From a virus: 64,000 nt of DNA. This document shows, piece after piece, positions 55,897 to 64,000 of the stretch. The notes below the pieces were generated by a model. It was not told the origin of the DNA and did not search any database. It saw only the letters and a list, made by a program, of their open reading frames with translations. Numbering within the stretch: the first letter of the stretch is position 1; the number at the start of each line of letters is the position of its first letter. Both the position numbers and the translations under genes were made by a program. Where the stretch lies: positions 1 to 64,000 of IMG/VR virus record IMGVR_UViG_3300043496_000175; one strand, written 5' to 3'.

Positions 55897-56337
55897 GTGC
55901 CCGAGGAAGTACACATCCACGTTCACGTCCACACCGGTGGCACGAGCGAAGAACACACCCAGATCCTGGACGCCGTCCAGGAACTAACAGAAGGAGTCGC
56001 CAGCATGGCAGCAGATCTCTCCGGCCTCACCAATGAGGTATCGGAACAGGAAACCACCGTCGCCGGTGCGGTTGCACTGATCAACGGTTTCGGCGCTCAG
56101 CTCGATGAGCTGCTCCAGCAGGCGGAAGAGGGCCGCGTTGACGTGGCCGCCATCTCCGCTCTCAAGGACCGGCTCGACGCCTCCACCAACTCCCTGGCCG
56201 AGGCCGTTACGGCCAACACCCCGGAGTCCCCGGAGGAGCCGCCGGTTGAGGAACCGCCGGTGGAAGAGCCGCCCGTCGAGGAGCCTCCGGTTGACGAAGA
56301 GCCCGCGCCGCCGGTGGAGGGCAACGTCAACCCGTGA
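55897..56337 (+). CDS. coiled-coil protein with (EEPPV)n tail
   Basis: HIHVHVH N-terminus; tandem 15-nt EEPPV repeats about 56231-56300. Confidence 0.7.
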   Translation: MPEEVHIHVHVHTGGTSEEHTQILDAVQELTEGVASMAADLSGLTNEVSEQETTVAGAVALINGFGAQLDELLQQAEEGRVDVAAISALKDRLDASTNSLAEAVTANTPESPEEPPVEEPPVEEPPVEEPPVDEEPAPPVEGNVNP

Positions 56338-56574
56338 TCACAGCTTGGTGACTTCGGACGGCCGGTAGTAGTAGACCCGGCCACCAATCTCCACGCCGAC
56401 TTCGCCCATATTGTGATTGTCAACAACCCCCGTGCGGCCATTGAAGTGGCCGCCGGGGGTTGTCCCTATTTTGACCCTGGCACCCACCGGCAGCCCGGTG
56501 ATCCGTTCGTACGTCCGAACGTTCTCTTCCTTGGTGATCTTCGCCTTGGCGGCGGATTCCTTCGTTCCTACCAT
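56338..56574 (-). CDS. SH3/KOW-like small protein
   Basis: VGARVKI..GRTGVV..VGV..Y.PSEV; GAAGGA RBS. Confidence 0.6.
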   Translation of the reverse strand: MVGTKESAAKAKITKEENVRTYERITGLPVGARVKIGTTPGGHFNGRTGVVDNHNMGEVGVEIGGRVYYYRPSEVTKL

Positions 56575-56599
56575 CGGTCGTCCACGTCCTTCTCAGTTG

Positions 56600-57589
56600 T
56601 CATGCGCGCTGGCGTGAGCGAATCGCTCGCACCGTCTGGTTGCTTTGGGATGGACGCAAGCGCGGAATGTCCTGGTCCTTGGTGTTCAAGCTGGCGATCC
56701 TGCTCCGCACCTCGTGCTGTACCGCCGTCGTCACATCCGGCGTCGTCCCCTCCGGGGATTCGTGGGCAGACTGTAGTGAATGGGCTCCCCATTGGTACGC
56801 CTCCTGCGTCTTGGTGGCGACCCACTGGTTGTGGATCTCATCCCGGAAGCTGTGAGCCATCACGGTAGGGCTGGCCGTGGCTTCCAGGTGCTGGAGACCG
56901 TACTGCGTGCGATCTACGTTTCCAAGCGGTAGAGAGGAATCCCACTCCGTTGACCTGGCAATACGGGAGATCGGTAGCTGTCCGTGGAGGATTCCGGTCC
57001 GGGACTTGACCATCCCGGGGATGTTCTGGTCTTCGCCGCGCATGTAGGTCTCCACAGCGACAGCACTCGCACGGACCCCGTAACTCTCCAGGTGACCGAT
57101 CGCCTTGGCGATGTGCTGGTTCAGCGGCTGCTGGAACTCTTCGGGGTCCAGTGTCCTGAGCACCTCAGCGCCCTTCTGGCTGAACAAAGCAGTGGCGATG
57201 AGGGCTTTCTCGGCGGTGGGGTTCCCGATAGGCGTACCAGGCATTGAGGGTGCCAATGCTTGCCACTGGGCAGCACGAGCATCTTCTGCAGCACTCTGAA
57301 GTTCCTGAGCTGCAATCACCCGCTGGCGGTCTGCCACGATAGCTGCGTTACGGCGAGCCATCTCTTCCTTGCTCAGTTCCATTTCGGGTGCCTTCTCTCG
57401 GTGGAGCATCCTGTCCTTGAGCAGCGGCCCTGGGTTTTCCTTCTCCCAGTCGCGGGTCTCTTCTGCGTACCCGAGGCCGCCGTTGTCACGCTTGACTTCC
57501 CACGCAGCTCGATCAGCGCGGTGCTCCTGCACCCACAGACGGTGGGCGCAGGAGCTGGCGCAGGCTCTCATGCCTGGTGAGCAGGGCAT
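56600..57589 (-). CDS. DnaB helicase N-terminal-like domain protein
   Basis: AEKALIA.AL..L.PEEF..P..QHI..AI..L..V.V; no helicase ATPase domain. Confidence 0.6.
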   Translation of the reverse strand: MPCSPGMRACASSCAHRLWVQEHRADRAAWEVKRDNGGLGYAEETRDWEKENPGPLLKDRMLHREKAPEMELSKEEMARRNAAIVADRQRVIAAQELQSAAEDARAAQWQALAPSMPGTPIGNPTAEKALIATALFSQKGAEVLRTLDPEEFQQPLNQHIAKAIGHLESYGVRASAVAVETYMRGEDQNIPGMVKSRTGILHGQLPISRIARSTEWDSSLPLGNVDRTQYGLQHLEATASPTVMAHSFRDEIHNQWVATKTQEAYQWGAHSLQSAHESPEGTTPDVTTAVQHEVRSRIASLNTKDQDIPRLRPSQSNQTVRAIRSRQRA

Positions 57590-58068
57590 CAGGCCTCCAG
57601 TAGTTCTCTCAGGTTGAACTTCTTCCCGAGACAATCCTGGATGGTGACGTGAGCCCCTGAGAACCCGCGAAAGTGGTTGTCGTACAGCAGGCAGTGACTA
57701 GGCATGGTCACCTGTTGTCGGATGAACATCTCACCCTCCTTAGTCACTCTCCACCACCCAGCGCGTCCACCGTCTTCACGCTTCTCCTCGGCTTCTTCCA
57801 CCAAGCCCCAGTAGCGGAGTTTGCCCTCTTCACGGGTTCCGCCGAGACAGACCTTGGTGACATCCACGAACCATGTGGTGCCTCCCGCCTTGTACATCTG
57901 AATCAGTGAACGAGCCATCCCTGAGTTCAGTTTTCGGCGGTACTGCTTGGCGAGCTGGGTGCAGCAGGGGCATTTGGCTCCCTGTGCGTTGATGACCTGG
58001 TCACGGATCCAGGAGCGTGCTTCTCCCAGGGTGGCGTTCATGCCTCCGGGGAAGTCTGGGAGGTCCAT
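57589..58068 (-). CDS. hypothetical phage protein (CPCC plus winged helix)
   Basis: KCPCC.Q..K.YRRKL..KLRYWGL..G.W.VT..G. Confidence 0.7.
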   Translation of the reverse strand: MDLPDFPGGMNATLGEARSWIRDQVINAQGAKCPCCTQLAKQYRRKLNSGMARSLIQMYKAGGTTWFVDVTKVCLGGTREEGKLRYWGLVEEAEEKREDGGRAGWWRVTKEGEMFIRQQVTMPSHCLLYDNHFRGFSGAHVTIQDCLGKKFNLRELLEA

Positions 58069-58086
58069 TGCTCGGACGGGCCTTTC

Positions 58087-58881
58087 CTAGTTATGTGACG
58101 CGGCGGGACGCCGACGCCGGTGCGCTGCGTACAGGAGCAGTCCGCCAAGAGCGACAGTGGCGATCCCGATGTACAGCAACTGAACGGTGTTGAGCCCGGT
58201 GTAGGCCAACGACTCAACACTACCGGATGCTCCGGTATCAAGCAATACCGGGGCCGCCGCTACTGTTGAGGTGAGGTAGCTAGTGGTCGGTGCGCCGTTG
58301 ACGTAGTTCACGATCGGCTGGATCACGCGCTCCTGGACCTGCAGCACGGTTTCGTTGTCACCCTGCACGGTCTCGGTGGCGATGACCGTCTTGGTGACTT
58401 CATGCGTCACGTCGTTGACCGAGATGACTGTCTTCTCCGCCGTTACCGTAGCCGTGGAAACATCGATCGCCGTGGTGATCGCGGTTTCCGTGGCCGTTTC
58501 GGTGGCGGTCGTGGTGATGGTTCCCACCGTGACGGTGCTGGTGACAGTAGCACCGGTTTCGGTCACCGTTGTGGTACCGCCCGGTGCGGTAACTGTCGCC
58601 GTCTCGGTGACCGTGTCCCCTGGAAGCTGCTCAGTGACCGTTGCCGTCTGGTGATCGGTGACCGTGGTGTAGACGTCCTCGTAGACGGTCGTCGGGACCT
58701 CTTCGTAGACGGTGGTGGGGACGTCCACGTAGCAGGTAACCGTCACGGTGACGGTTGTCGGGGGTGGTGTGCACCCGTACTGGCAGCCACCGTGGTCACC
58801 GGTAGCGAGTGCGGCGGTTGCCGATAGCAGCATCAGACCGGCGGAGAGTCCACCGACTGTGAGAACGGAACGGAGGTTCAT
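58087..58881 (-). CDS. sortase-anchored (LAYTG) Thr/Val-rich surface protein
   Basis: Signal peptide ending ALA; TV-rich repeats; LAYTG plus TM plus HRRRR tail. Confidence 0.85.
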   Translation of the reverse strand: MNLRSVLTVGGLSAGLMLLSATAALATGDHGGCQYGCTPPPTTVTVTVTCYVDVPTTVYEEVPTTVYEDVYTTVTDHQTATVTEQLPGDTVTETATVTAPGGTTTVTETGATVTSTVTVGTITTTATETATETAITTAIDVSTATVTAEKTVISVNDVTHEVTKTVIATETVQGDNETVLQVQERVIQPIVNYVNGAPTTSYLTSTVAAAPVLLDTGASGSVESLAYTGLNTVQLLYIGIATVALGGLLLYAAHRRRRPAASHN

Positions 58882-58897
58882 GGGTGTCCTTTCAGGA

Positions 58898-59095
58898 CTA
58901 AGAGAGATCTCCAGGAGCGGCCGATGCCTGCTCCTGTGCCAGCACGAAGGCCGAGAGCTGATCCGGGTCTTCTACGTGCTGGTTGAACGTGGGCTCGGGC
59001 GGCGGATCAAGGAGATCGGCCGCCTCTCGTAGTTCGCGCGCGAGTGTTCCGCGTACATCGAACTTGAGCTTGACTTCGGCTTCGCCTAGATCCAT
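58898..59095 (-). CDS. hypothetical protein
   Basis: GAGG RBS. Confidence 0.55.
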   Translation of the reverse strand: MDLGEAEVKLKFDVRGTLARELREAADLLDPPPEPTFNQHVEDPDQLSAFVLAQEQASAAPGDLS

Positions 59096-59195
59096 CTGGT
59101 GCCTCTCGTTCGTGAAGTTGTCGCTCCGTCATCATGAGAATAGCATGAGTATTGTCAACCTTGTCAACAAGTTATCGGCGTGCTTCACTGGTCGG

Positions 59196-60179
59196 ATGCC
59201 GCTAGAACAGGTCTCTTACTCGTCCCTCAAACAGTGGTCAACGTGCCCCCGCCTCGGGTACTTCGGCCAATACCTCGGATTGGAGAAAAAGGAGCAGAAC
59301 CGCACGGGCGCAATGCCTTTCGGGTCACGGATCCACACCGCCCTGGAACTCTGGGGGCGCAGCGGATGGACCATCCCAGCCGCCACCATCTGGCAGAAGC
59401 TGATGGACCGGGAGTGGGAGATCGCAGAAGAGATGGCGTTCCCGCCAGAGGACCTGGACAAGGAATCCAAGATGGGCCAGATCATGCTCGAAGGCTTCGA
59501 GCAATGGCTGGAAGAGCAAGGTGTCTACGGCCACTGGAAGGTGGTGGGGATCGAAGTCAAGCTCTCCACCGTGCTGACCATCGAACTGGAGAGCGGGCAG
59601 CAGATCGACGTCTTGCTCAGAGGCAAGCTCGACGTCCTATCCCAGGACCAGCTCAGCGGTGATCTCTACGTGGAGGACTACAAGACGACGTCGTCCCTGA
59701 CCGAGGAGTCCAAGCTGGCGCTGCTCAACGAGAGCCAGGGTCCGATGTACGTGATCCTGGAGCGCCGCCAGGCCGGGCAGACCCAGCGGGTCTCCGGGTT
59801 CATCCTCACAATGCTCCGCAAGGTGATGCGCGGGCCGTCCAGCAAGCCGCCCTACTACAAGCGGTTGGTGGAGCCCTACACCGAGGACCGGCTCGCCGCC
59901 GCCGAGCAGAACGTCATCGCTCAGGTGGACCGGGTAGCCTCGATCGTCGGCAAGTTGGACGCCGGGGCAGACCATCGCAAGGTCGCGCCCTTCCAGACCA
60001 GTTGGCAGTGCAAGACCTGCCCTTACAAGCTCCCCTGCTACGAGATGCAGCAAGGTAACTTCTCCGGTGGAGAGCGAATGCTGCTGGACCTGTACGTCAA
60101 GGGAAACCCGTTGCAGCGCTACGAGGAAGACCCCGCCAACACCCTCACCGGACTTGGATTTCTTGACAAGGAGGTGTAG
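59196..60179 (+). CDS. PD-(D/E)XK Cas4/RecB-like exonuclease
   Basis: SYSSL..CPR, FGSRIH.ALE, E, GKLD, VEDYKT, Q..Y, C..CPY..C. Confidence 0.88.
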   Translation: MPLEQVSYSSLKQWSTCPRLGYFGQYLGLEKKEQNRTGAMPFGSRIHTALELWGRSGWTIPAATIWQKLMDREWEIAEEMAFPPEDLDKESKMGQIMLEGFEQWLEEQGVYGHWKVVGIEVKLSTVLTIELESGQQIDVLLRGKLDVLSQDQLSGDLYVEDYKTTSSLTEESKLALLNESQGPMYVILERRQAGQTQRVSGFILTMLRKVMRGPSSKPPYYKRLVEPYTEDRLAAAEQNVIAQVDRVASIVGKLDAGADHRKVAPFQTSWQCKTCPYKLPCYEMQQGNFSGGERMLLDLYVKGNPLQRYEEDPANTLTGLGFLDKEV

Positions 60180-60255
60180 TATTGCAGAGCTATCAACAAG
60201 CGGTGAGGAGGGAAGAGCAGCAGTCCGCAGTCACTGTCAGTGAAAGGATCGTCCT

Positions 60256-61116
60256 GTGGCCTCAGAGCCGCGCAAGCTCAATCACTCCCTTTCCGTACTG
60301 GTGTACGGAGAGAGCAAGGCGGGCAAAAGTCTGCTCGCCATCAGCGGCATGGCACCGCGCCTGTTGCTGGACTGCGAATCGGCGGCGCAGTTCCTCCCGA
60401 TCAACGCCATCGTCTGGGATCCCATCGGCCCGCCACCGGTGCACGATGGCACCTGGGACACCGCTGTCGTTCAGGTGACCAAGTTCGACCAGGCTGCCAA
60501 GGCCATCGACTGGCTACACCGGCAGCCACATCCCTTCAAGTCCATCTCCGTGGATTCCATCTCCGAGCTGCAGTACAAGTTCGTGGAGGCCAAGGGCGCA
60601 AAGATGGACTGGGATGGCTGGGGAGAGATCCTCCGGCTGCTCCGCAGCTTCTGCAACCGGCTGCGGGACATGACCCAGCACCCCACGTTCCCGGTGAACT
60701 CCGTGGTCGTCACCTCCATGGCCCGCAAGGACGCCAAGGACGGTATCTGGCGGCCATGGCTGCAGGGACAGATGGGCAACGTCCTTCCCTACCTGTTCGA
60801 CATCAACGGCTTCCTGGAGAAGAAGCAGATCGTCCAGGGCAACAACGCAGTACTGGTCAGGCACCTGCACACCGAAGAGACCTATCCCAAGACCTTCGTG
60901 GCAGGCGGCCGGATCTCCGGCCGGATCGCTTCACCGTTCGAGCTGAAAGTCGTGACCGGTGAGTCCATCGCGGAGATCAGCAAGAACAACACCACCGTGC
61001 GGCAGATGATCCACGCCGCATTCGCTATGAGGCTGGACACCATGTCCAAGCCTGTACCCGTCCCCGTCGCCGTCGGTGCGCCGGAGATTCAACCCGAGAA
61101 GGAGAGCACCAAATGA
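60256..61116 (+). CDS. AAA_24/Sak4-like ATPase (recombinase)
   Basis: VLVYGESKAGKS, LLDCE, SISVDSISELQ, WG, P.LQG. Confidence 0.85.
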   Translation: MASEPRKLNHSLSVLVYGESKAGKSLLAISGMAPRLLLDCESAAQFLPINAIVWDPIGPPPVHDGTWDTAVVQVTKFDQAAKAIDWLHRQPHPFKSISVDSISELQYKFVEAKGAKMDWDGWGEILRLLRSFCNRLRDMTQHPTFPVNSVVVTSMARKDAKDGIWRPWLQGQMGNVLPYLFDINGFLEKKQIVQGNNAVLVRHLHTEETYPKTFVAGGRISGRIASPFELKVVTGESIAEISKNNTTVRQMIHAAFAMRLDTMSKPVPVPVAVGAPEIQPEKESTK

Positions 61117-61703
61117 GCTACGACGACGAAGAGGACTTCGACCTCGCTGACGAACTGGCTGGGATGGACGACATCGCCACCGGCAGCAAGCTGCTGCCTG
61201 AGGAGGAGTACGTCTGGTCCGTGGTCGATGCCAAGTACAAGAAGGCGAAGACCGGGACCCAGGGCATCAACGTCACCCTGGAGATCGCGGATGGCCCGTA
61301 CCGGGGCTCGCGGGTCTTCGATGACATCTGGTACTCGGAGAAGGCCGTCACCATGTTCTGGGGCCGGATGAAGAAGTTCGGCATCACCAGCGAGTGGGCA
61401 CGGGAAACCGGCAACACCAAGCTCTCTCGCATGGCAGAGCTGATCAAGGGCACCACGATCGTGGCCTCGATCAAGCACGACGACTACAACGGCGATGAGC
61501 GGGCGAAGATCAACCGTTACATCAAGCTGATCGGTGAGAATCAGAACCTGGCCGGTGCTGCTTCCGGAGCGGTCACCGGCGTAGTCGCGCCTCCGGCCGC
61601 TGCCACCCTCCCGGACCTCCCCGAGGAACCGGCTGAGCAGATTCCGGTCGCGGCCGGTGCGATCTCCACGGACGATCCGTGGGGCGCAGCGGACGATTCC
61701 TGA
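61113..61703 (+). CDS. ssb: DUF669-family ssDNA-binding protein
   Basis: LP..Y..V..K.G..I..I.DGPY.G..FD..YNG.ER.KI; acidic tail DDPW. Confidence 0.75.
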   Translation: MSYDDEEDFDLADELAGMDDIATGSKLLPEEEYVWSVVDAKYKKAKTGTQGINVTLEIADGPYRGSRVFDDIWYSEKAVTMFWGRMKKFGITSEWARETGNTKLSRMAELIKGTTIVASIKHDDYNGDERAKINRYIKLIGENQNLAGAASGAVTGVVAPPAAATLPDLPEEPAEQIPVAAGAISTDDPWGAADDS

Positions 61704-61712
61704 TCCACCTCT

Positions 61713-61746
61713 GATGCCGGGTTCGGGTCTTCCCGGGCCCGGCATC
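61713..61746 (+). terminator. stem-loop after ssb
   Basis: GATGCCGGGTTCGGG-TCTT-CCCGGGCCCGGCATC; no U-tract. Confidence 0.5.
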
Positions 61747-61768
61747 GCTGTACCTACCAAAGGACACC

Positions 61769-63571
61769 ATGAACGCACCCACAGGTAAGGCCCGCGTCCT
61801 TACCAACCCGAGCAAGGTCGCTGACTTCTGGGACTGGCTCACACACCGCCCCCAAGGTTATGTCGCCTGCGACATCGAGTCGGGTTCCGATCCGGCAGGA
61901 TCTGAGCTGGACATCTTCAAGCCTGGGTTCCACGTCCGGATGATGCAGTTCGGTGATGCTGACGGCGGCTGGGCCATCCCGTTCCAGGAGTGGAAGGGCC
62001 TGGTCCGGGGTGCGTTCGACTGGATCTCGGAATCCCGCACTCAGCACGTCTGGCACAACGGCTTCGGGTTCGACGCTCAGGCGCTCCGCCAAGAGGGCAT
62101 CATCATTGATCCCTCGATCATGCAGGACACCCAGATCTGGGCCGGTCTGGGTGGATTCGCCGGTGAGAGCCGTGGCCTGAAGCAGTTGGCGCGCAAGGAA
62201 CTTGGCGACTTCGGAGCCAAGACCGCCATCGGTGCGGACAGGCTGCACAACGGCATGAAGCAAGCCGGGTGGACGTGGACCACTGTCCCCATGGGGTGGA
62301 AGCCCTACCCGCTGTACGGCGTCATGGACACCATGGCCACCGCCCGGCTGTATGAGAAGTGGGAGCCCTGGCGCAAGCAGTTCGCCTACCACCACGACAT
62401 GGAGATCGCCGTTTCGGTGATCACCAACCAGATGGCCCGGACCGGGATGGTGGTGGATGGTGAGTACATCGCCATCAAGGTCGATGAGCTGATGGAGGAG
62501 GAAGCCGAACTCGAAGCACAGTGCAACGCCGCTGGCTGGGGCAATCCCTCCAACCGGGCGGACGCGCTGCGGGTCCTCAAGGCTGCCGGGGTGCTGGACG
62601 AGACCAGACTGACTGATGGCGGCCAGGTCTCGATCGACAAGAAGCAGCTCCGCAACGTGGACCATCCGCTGGCTCGGCTCCGGCTGCAGTACATGAAGGT
62701 TCAACGGATGCGGAAGGACTACCTGGAAAAGCTCCTGCACATGATCGGCGGGGAGATGTCACCGCAGGTGATCCACCCCTCGATCTGGAGCATGGCCGCC
62801 AAGACCGGCCGCATGTCGGTGTCGAACCCGCCACTGCAGCAGCTCCCGGCTGGGGACACCACCGCACGGCGAGCGTTCCTTCCGGACAATCCGGATCATG
62901 TTCTCATCGGAGCAGATTTCGGACAAATAGAGATGAGGGCGTGGGCCATCCTCAACAATGACCCCATCCTCAAGCAGATGTTCAACCAGGCTGACGAGAC
63001 CGGGGATGACTTCTTCGTCCTGATGGGGCGAGACCTCTACGGGGAACCTGACTTTCAGAAGTCCGACCCACGCCGTTCCCCGATCAAGAACACCTCCTAC
63101 GCCACCATCTTCGCCGGGGGTATCAAGACCATCTCGGAGACCGCGAACCTACCGGAGTCTCAGGTGGAGCCGGTGCTGAACGCCCTCAAGAAGCGGTACC
63201 CCAGCTTCAAGGATCAGGGCGCTTCCATGGTGCACAAGAAGGACGGTGCCTATGAGATCTGGACGCCGAACGGACGTCGGTTCAAAGTGCGTGATCCCAA
63301 GGATGCTCGTGTGCTGCCGAACTGGGCCACGCAGGGTTGGGCCGCAACGATTCTCAAGGAGTCCGCATTGGGTTGCAAGGCAGCAGGACTAGGGGACAAC
63401 CTCCGTCTGGCCGTACACGACGAGCTGATCCTGTCTGTGCCACGCAGAGAGGCCAAGGACGCAGCGCACGAGATGGAAGAGATCATGAACGCGCAGATCG
63501 ATCCCGAGGAACACGGGGTCAGGATCTACGCCAAGGCCAACATCGGATCTAGCTGGGCGGAGCTGAAGTGA
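61769..63571 (+). CDS. polA: DNA polymerase family A with 3'-5' exonuclease
   Basis: Exo ACDIES, HNGFGFD, YGVMD; TGRMS..P.LQQLP; ADFGQIEMR; R..K..Y; VHDEL. Confidence 0.95.
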   Translation: MNAPTGKARVLTNPSKVADFWDWLTHRPQGYVACDIESGSDPAGSELDIFKPGFHVRMMQFGDADGGWAIPFQEWKGLVRGAFDWISESRTQHVWHNGFGFDAQALRQEGIIIDPSIMQDTQIWAGLGGFAGESRGLKQLARKELGDFGAKTAIGADRLHNGMKQAGWTWTTVPMGWKPYPLYGVMDTMATARLYEKWEPWRKQFAYHHDMEIAVSVITNQMARTGMVVDGEYIAIKVDELMEEEAELEAQCNAAGWGNPSNRADALRVLKAAGVLDETRLTDGGQVSIDKKQLRNVDHPLARLRLQYMKVQRMRKDYLEKLLHMIGGEMSPQVIHPSIWSMAAKTGRMSVSNPPLQQLPAGDTTARRAFLPDNPDHVLIGADFGQIEMRAWAILNNDPILKQMFNQADETGDDFFVLMGRDLYGEPDFQKSDPRRSPIKNTSYATIFAGGIKTISETANLPESQVEPVLNALKKRYPSFKDQGASMVHKKDGAYEIWTPNGRRFKVRDPKDARVLPNWATQGWAATILKESALGCKAAGLGDNLRLAVHDELILSVPRREAKDAAHEMEEIMNAQIDPEEHGVRIYAKANIGSSWAELK

Positions 63572-64000
63572 GCAAGTTGATAGCTGTTACCGGGTACAAG
63601 AACTCGGGCAAGAACGCGGTGTGTGATGTCCTCCGGGACACCTACGGGTTCGAGGTCACTGGCATGGCTGATGCACTCAAGGAGCGATTTCCAGAGATCC
63701 GGCGGCTCCTGCAGAAGGCTGGCACCGAGGGCGGGCGTGACATCTTCGGTCAGGAGATCTGGCCCAAGACCTGGTACAAAAGCGCAAAGGTCTTGCTGGA
63801 GCAGGGCTATGACGTCTGCGTCTCCGACCTCCGGTTCCTGAACGAGGCTGCGTTTGTGCGAGAACTCGGTGGAGAGGTGTGGCGGGTGTACCGGCCAGGC
63901 ACCGACGTCGGAGACAAGCACAAGAGCGAGACCGAGTTGGATTCCATCACGCCAGACCGGGTGATCCAGAACAACGGAAGTCTGGCTGATCTGCACGGAC
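63568..64000 (+). CDS. deoxynucleoside monophosphate kinase (partial at right edge)
   Basis: LIAVTGYKNSGK, ADALK, RRLLQ..GTE.GR, VSDLRF.NEA, H.SE, I.N.G. Confidence 0.85.
   Translation, partial: MSKLIAVTGYKNSGKNAVCDVLRDTYGFEVTGMADALKERFPEIRRLLQKAGTEGGRDIFGQEIWPKTWYKSAKVLLEQGYDVCVSDLRFLNEAAFVRELGGEVWRVYRPGTDVGDKHKSETELDSITPDRVIQNNGSLADLHG

Noticed and set aside
56231-56310. Tandem 15-nt repeats as a CRISPR or iteron array
   Set aside because: They are in-frame EEPPV coding repeats with synonymous variation and no spacers.
59196-60179. Cas4-like nuclease as evidence of a CRISPR system
   Set aside because: No repeat-spacer array or other cas genes seen. Its context (AAA_24, DUF669 SSB, PolA) is the ordinary phage recombination module.
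1-64000. tRNA, rRNA, integrase, ParA or plasmid Rep genes
   Set aside because: None recognised in this window. Maintenance genes may lie outside it, so lifestyle cannot be determined here.

Overview
This window is part of a large GC-rich actinobacterial siphovirus-like genome, and it runs off both edges. From left to right: (1) 1-10.1 kb is a leftward early arm of small ORFs driven by repeated SigA-like promoters. (2) About 10.2 kb holds a palindromic purine/pyrimidine-alternating hairpin cluster at the strand switch. (3) 10.4-16.7 kb holds rightward small ORFs and a lipoprotein thermonuclease. (4) 17.4-28.6 kb is an apparently complete actinobacterial conjugation system: candidate oriT, MobC, MOBP relaxase, DUF4913, VirD4 coupling protein, VirB4-like ATPase, SCO6880/PrgI-like, VirB6-like, VirB8-like and pilin-like proteins, and an NlpC/P60 hydrolase. 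It abuts the packaging genes with no visible att site, IS or integrase. (5) 28.9-52.4 kb is a full virion module (terminase, MuF, portal, 2H phosphoesterase, protease, capsid, tail, tape measure, minor tails). (6) 53-56 kb is the lysis region, whose endolysin carries a strong -1 programmed frameshift signal that would add a second catalytic domain. (7) A sortase-anchored LAYTG surface protein follows. (8) 59-64 kb holds replication/recombination genes (Cas4-like exonuclease, AAA_24 ATPase, DUF669 SSB, PolA, dNMP kinase). The main hypothesis is a phage that encodes its own conjugative transfer (phage-plasmid or phage-ICE hybrid). All family assignments come from motifs recognised by eye, not from database searches.
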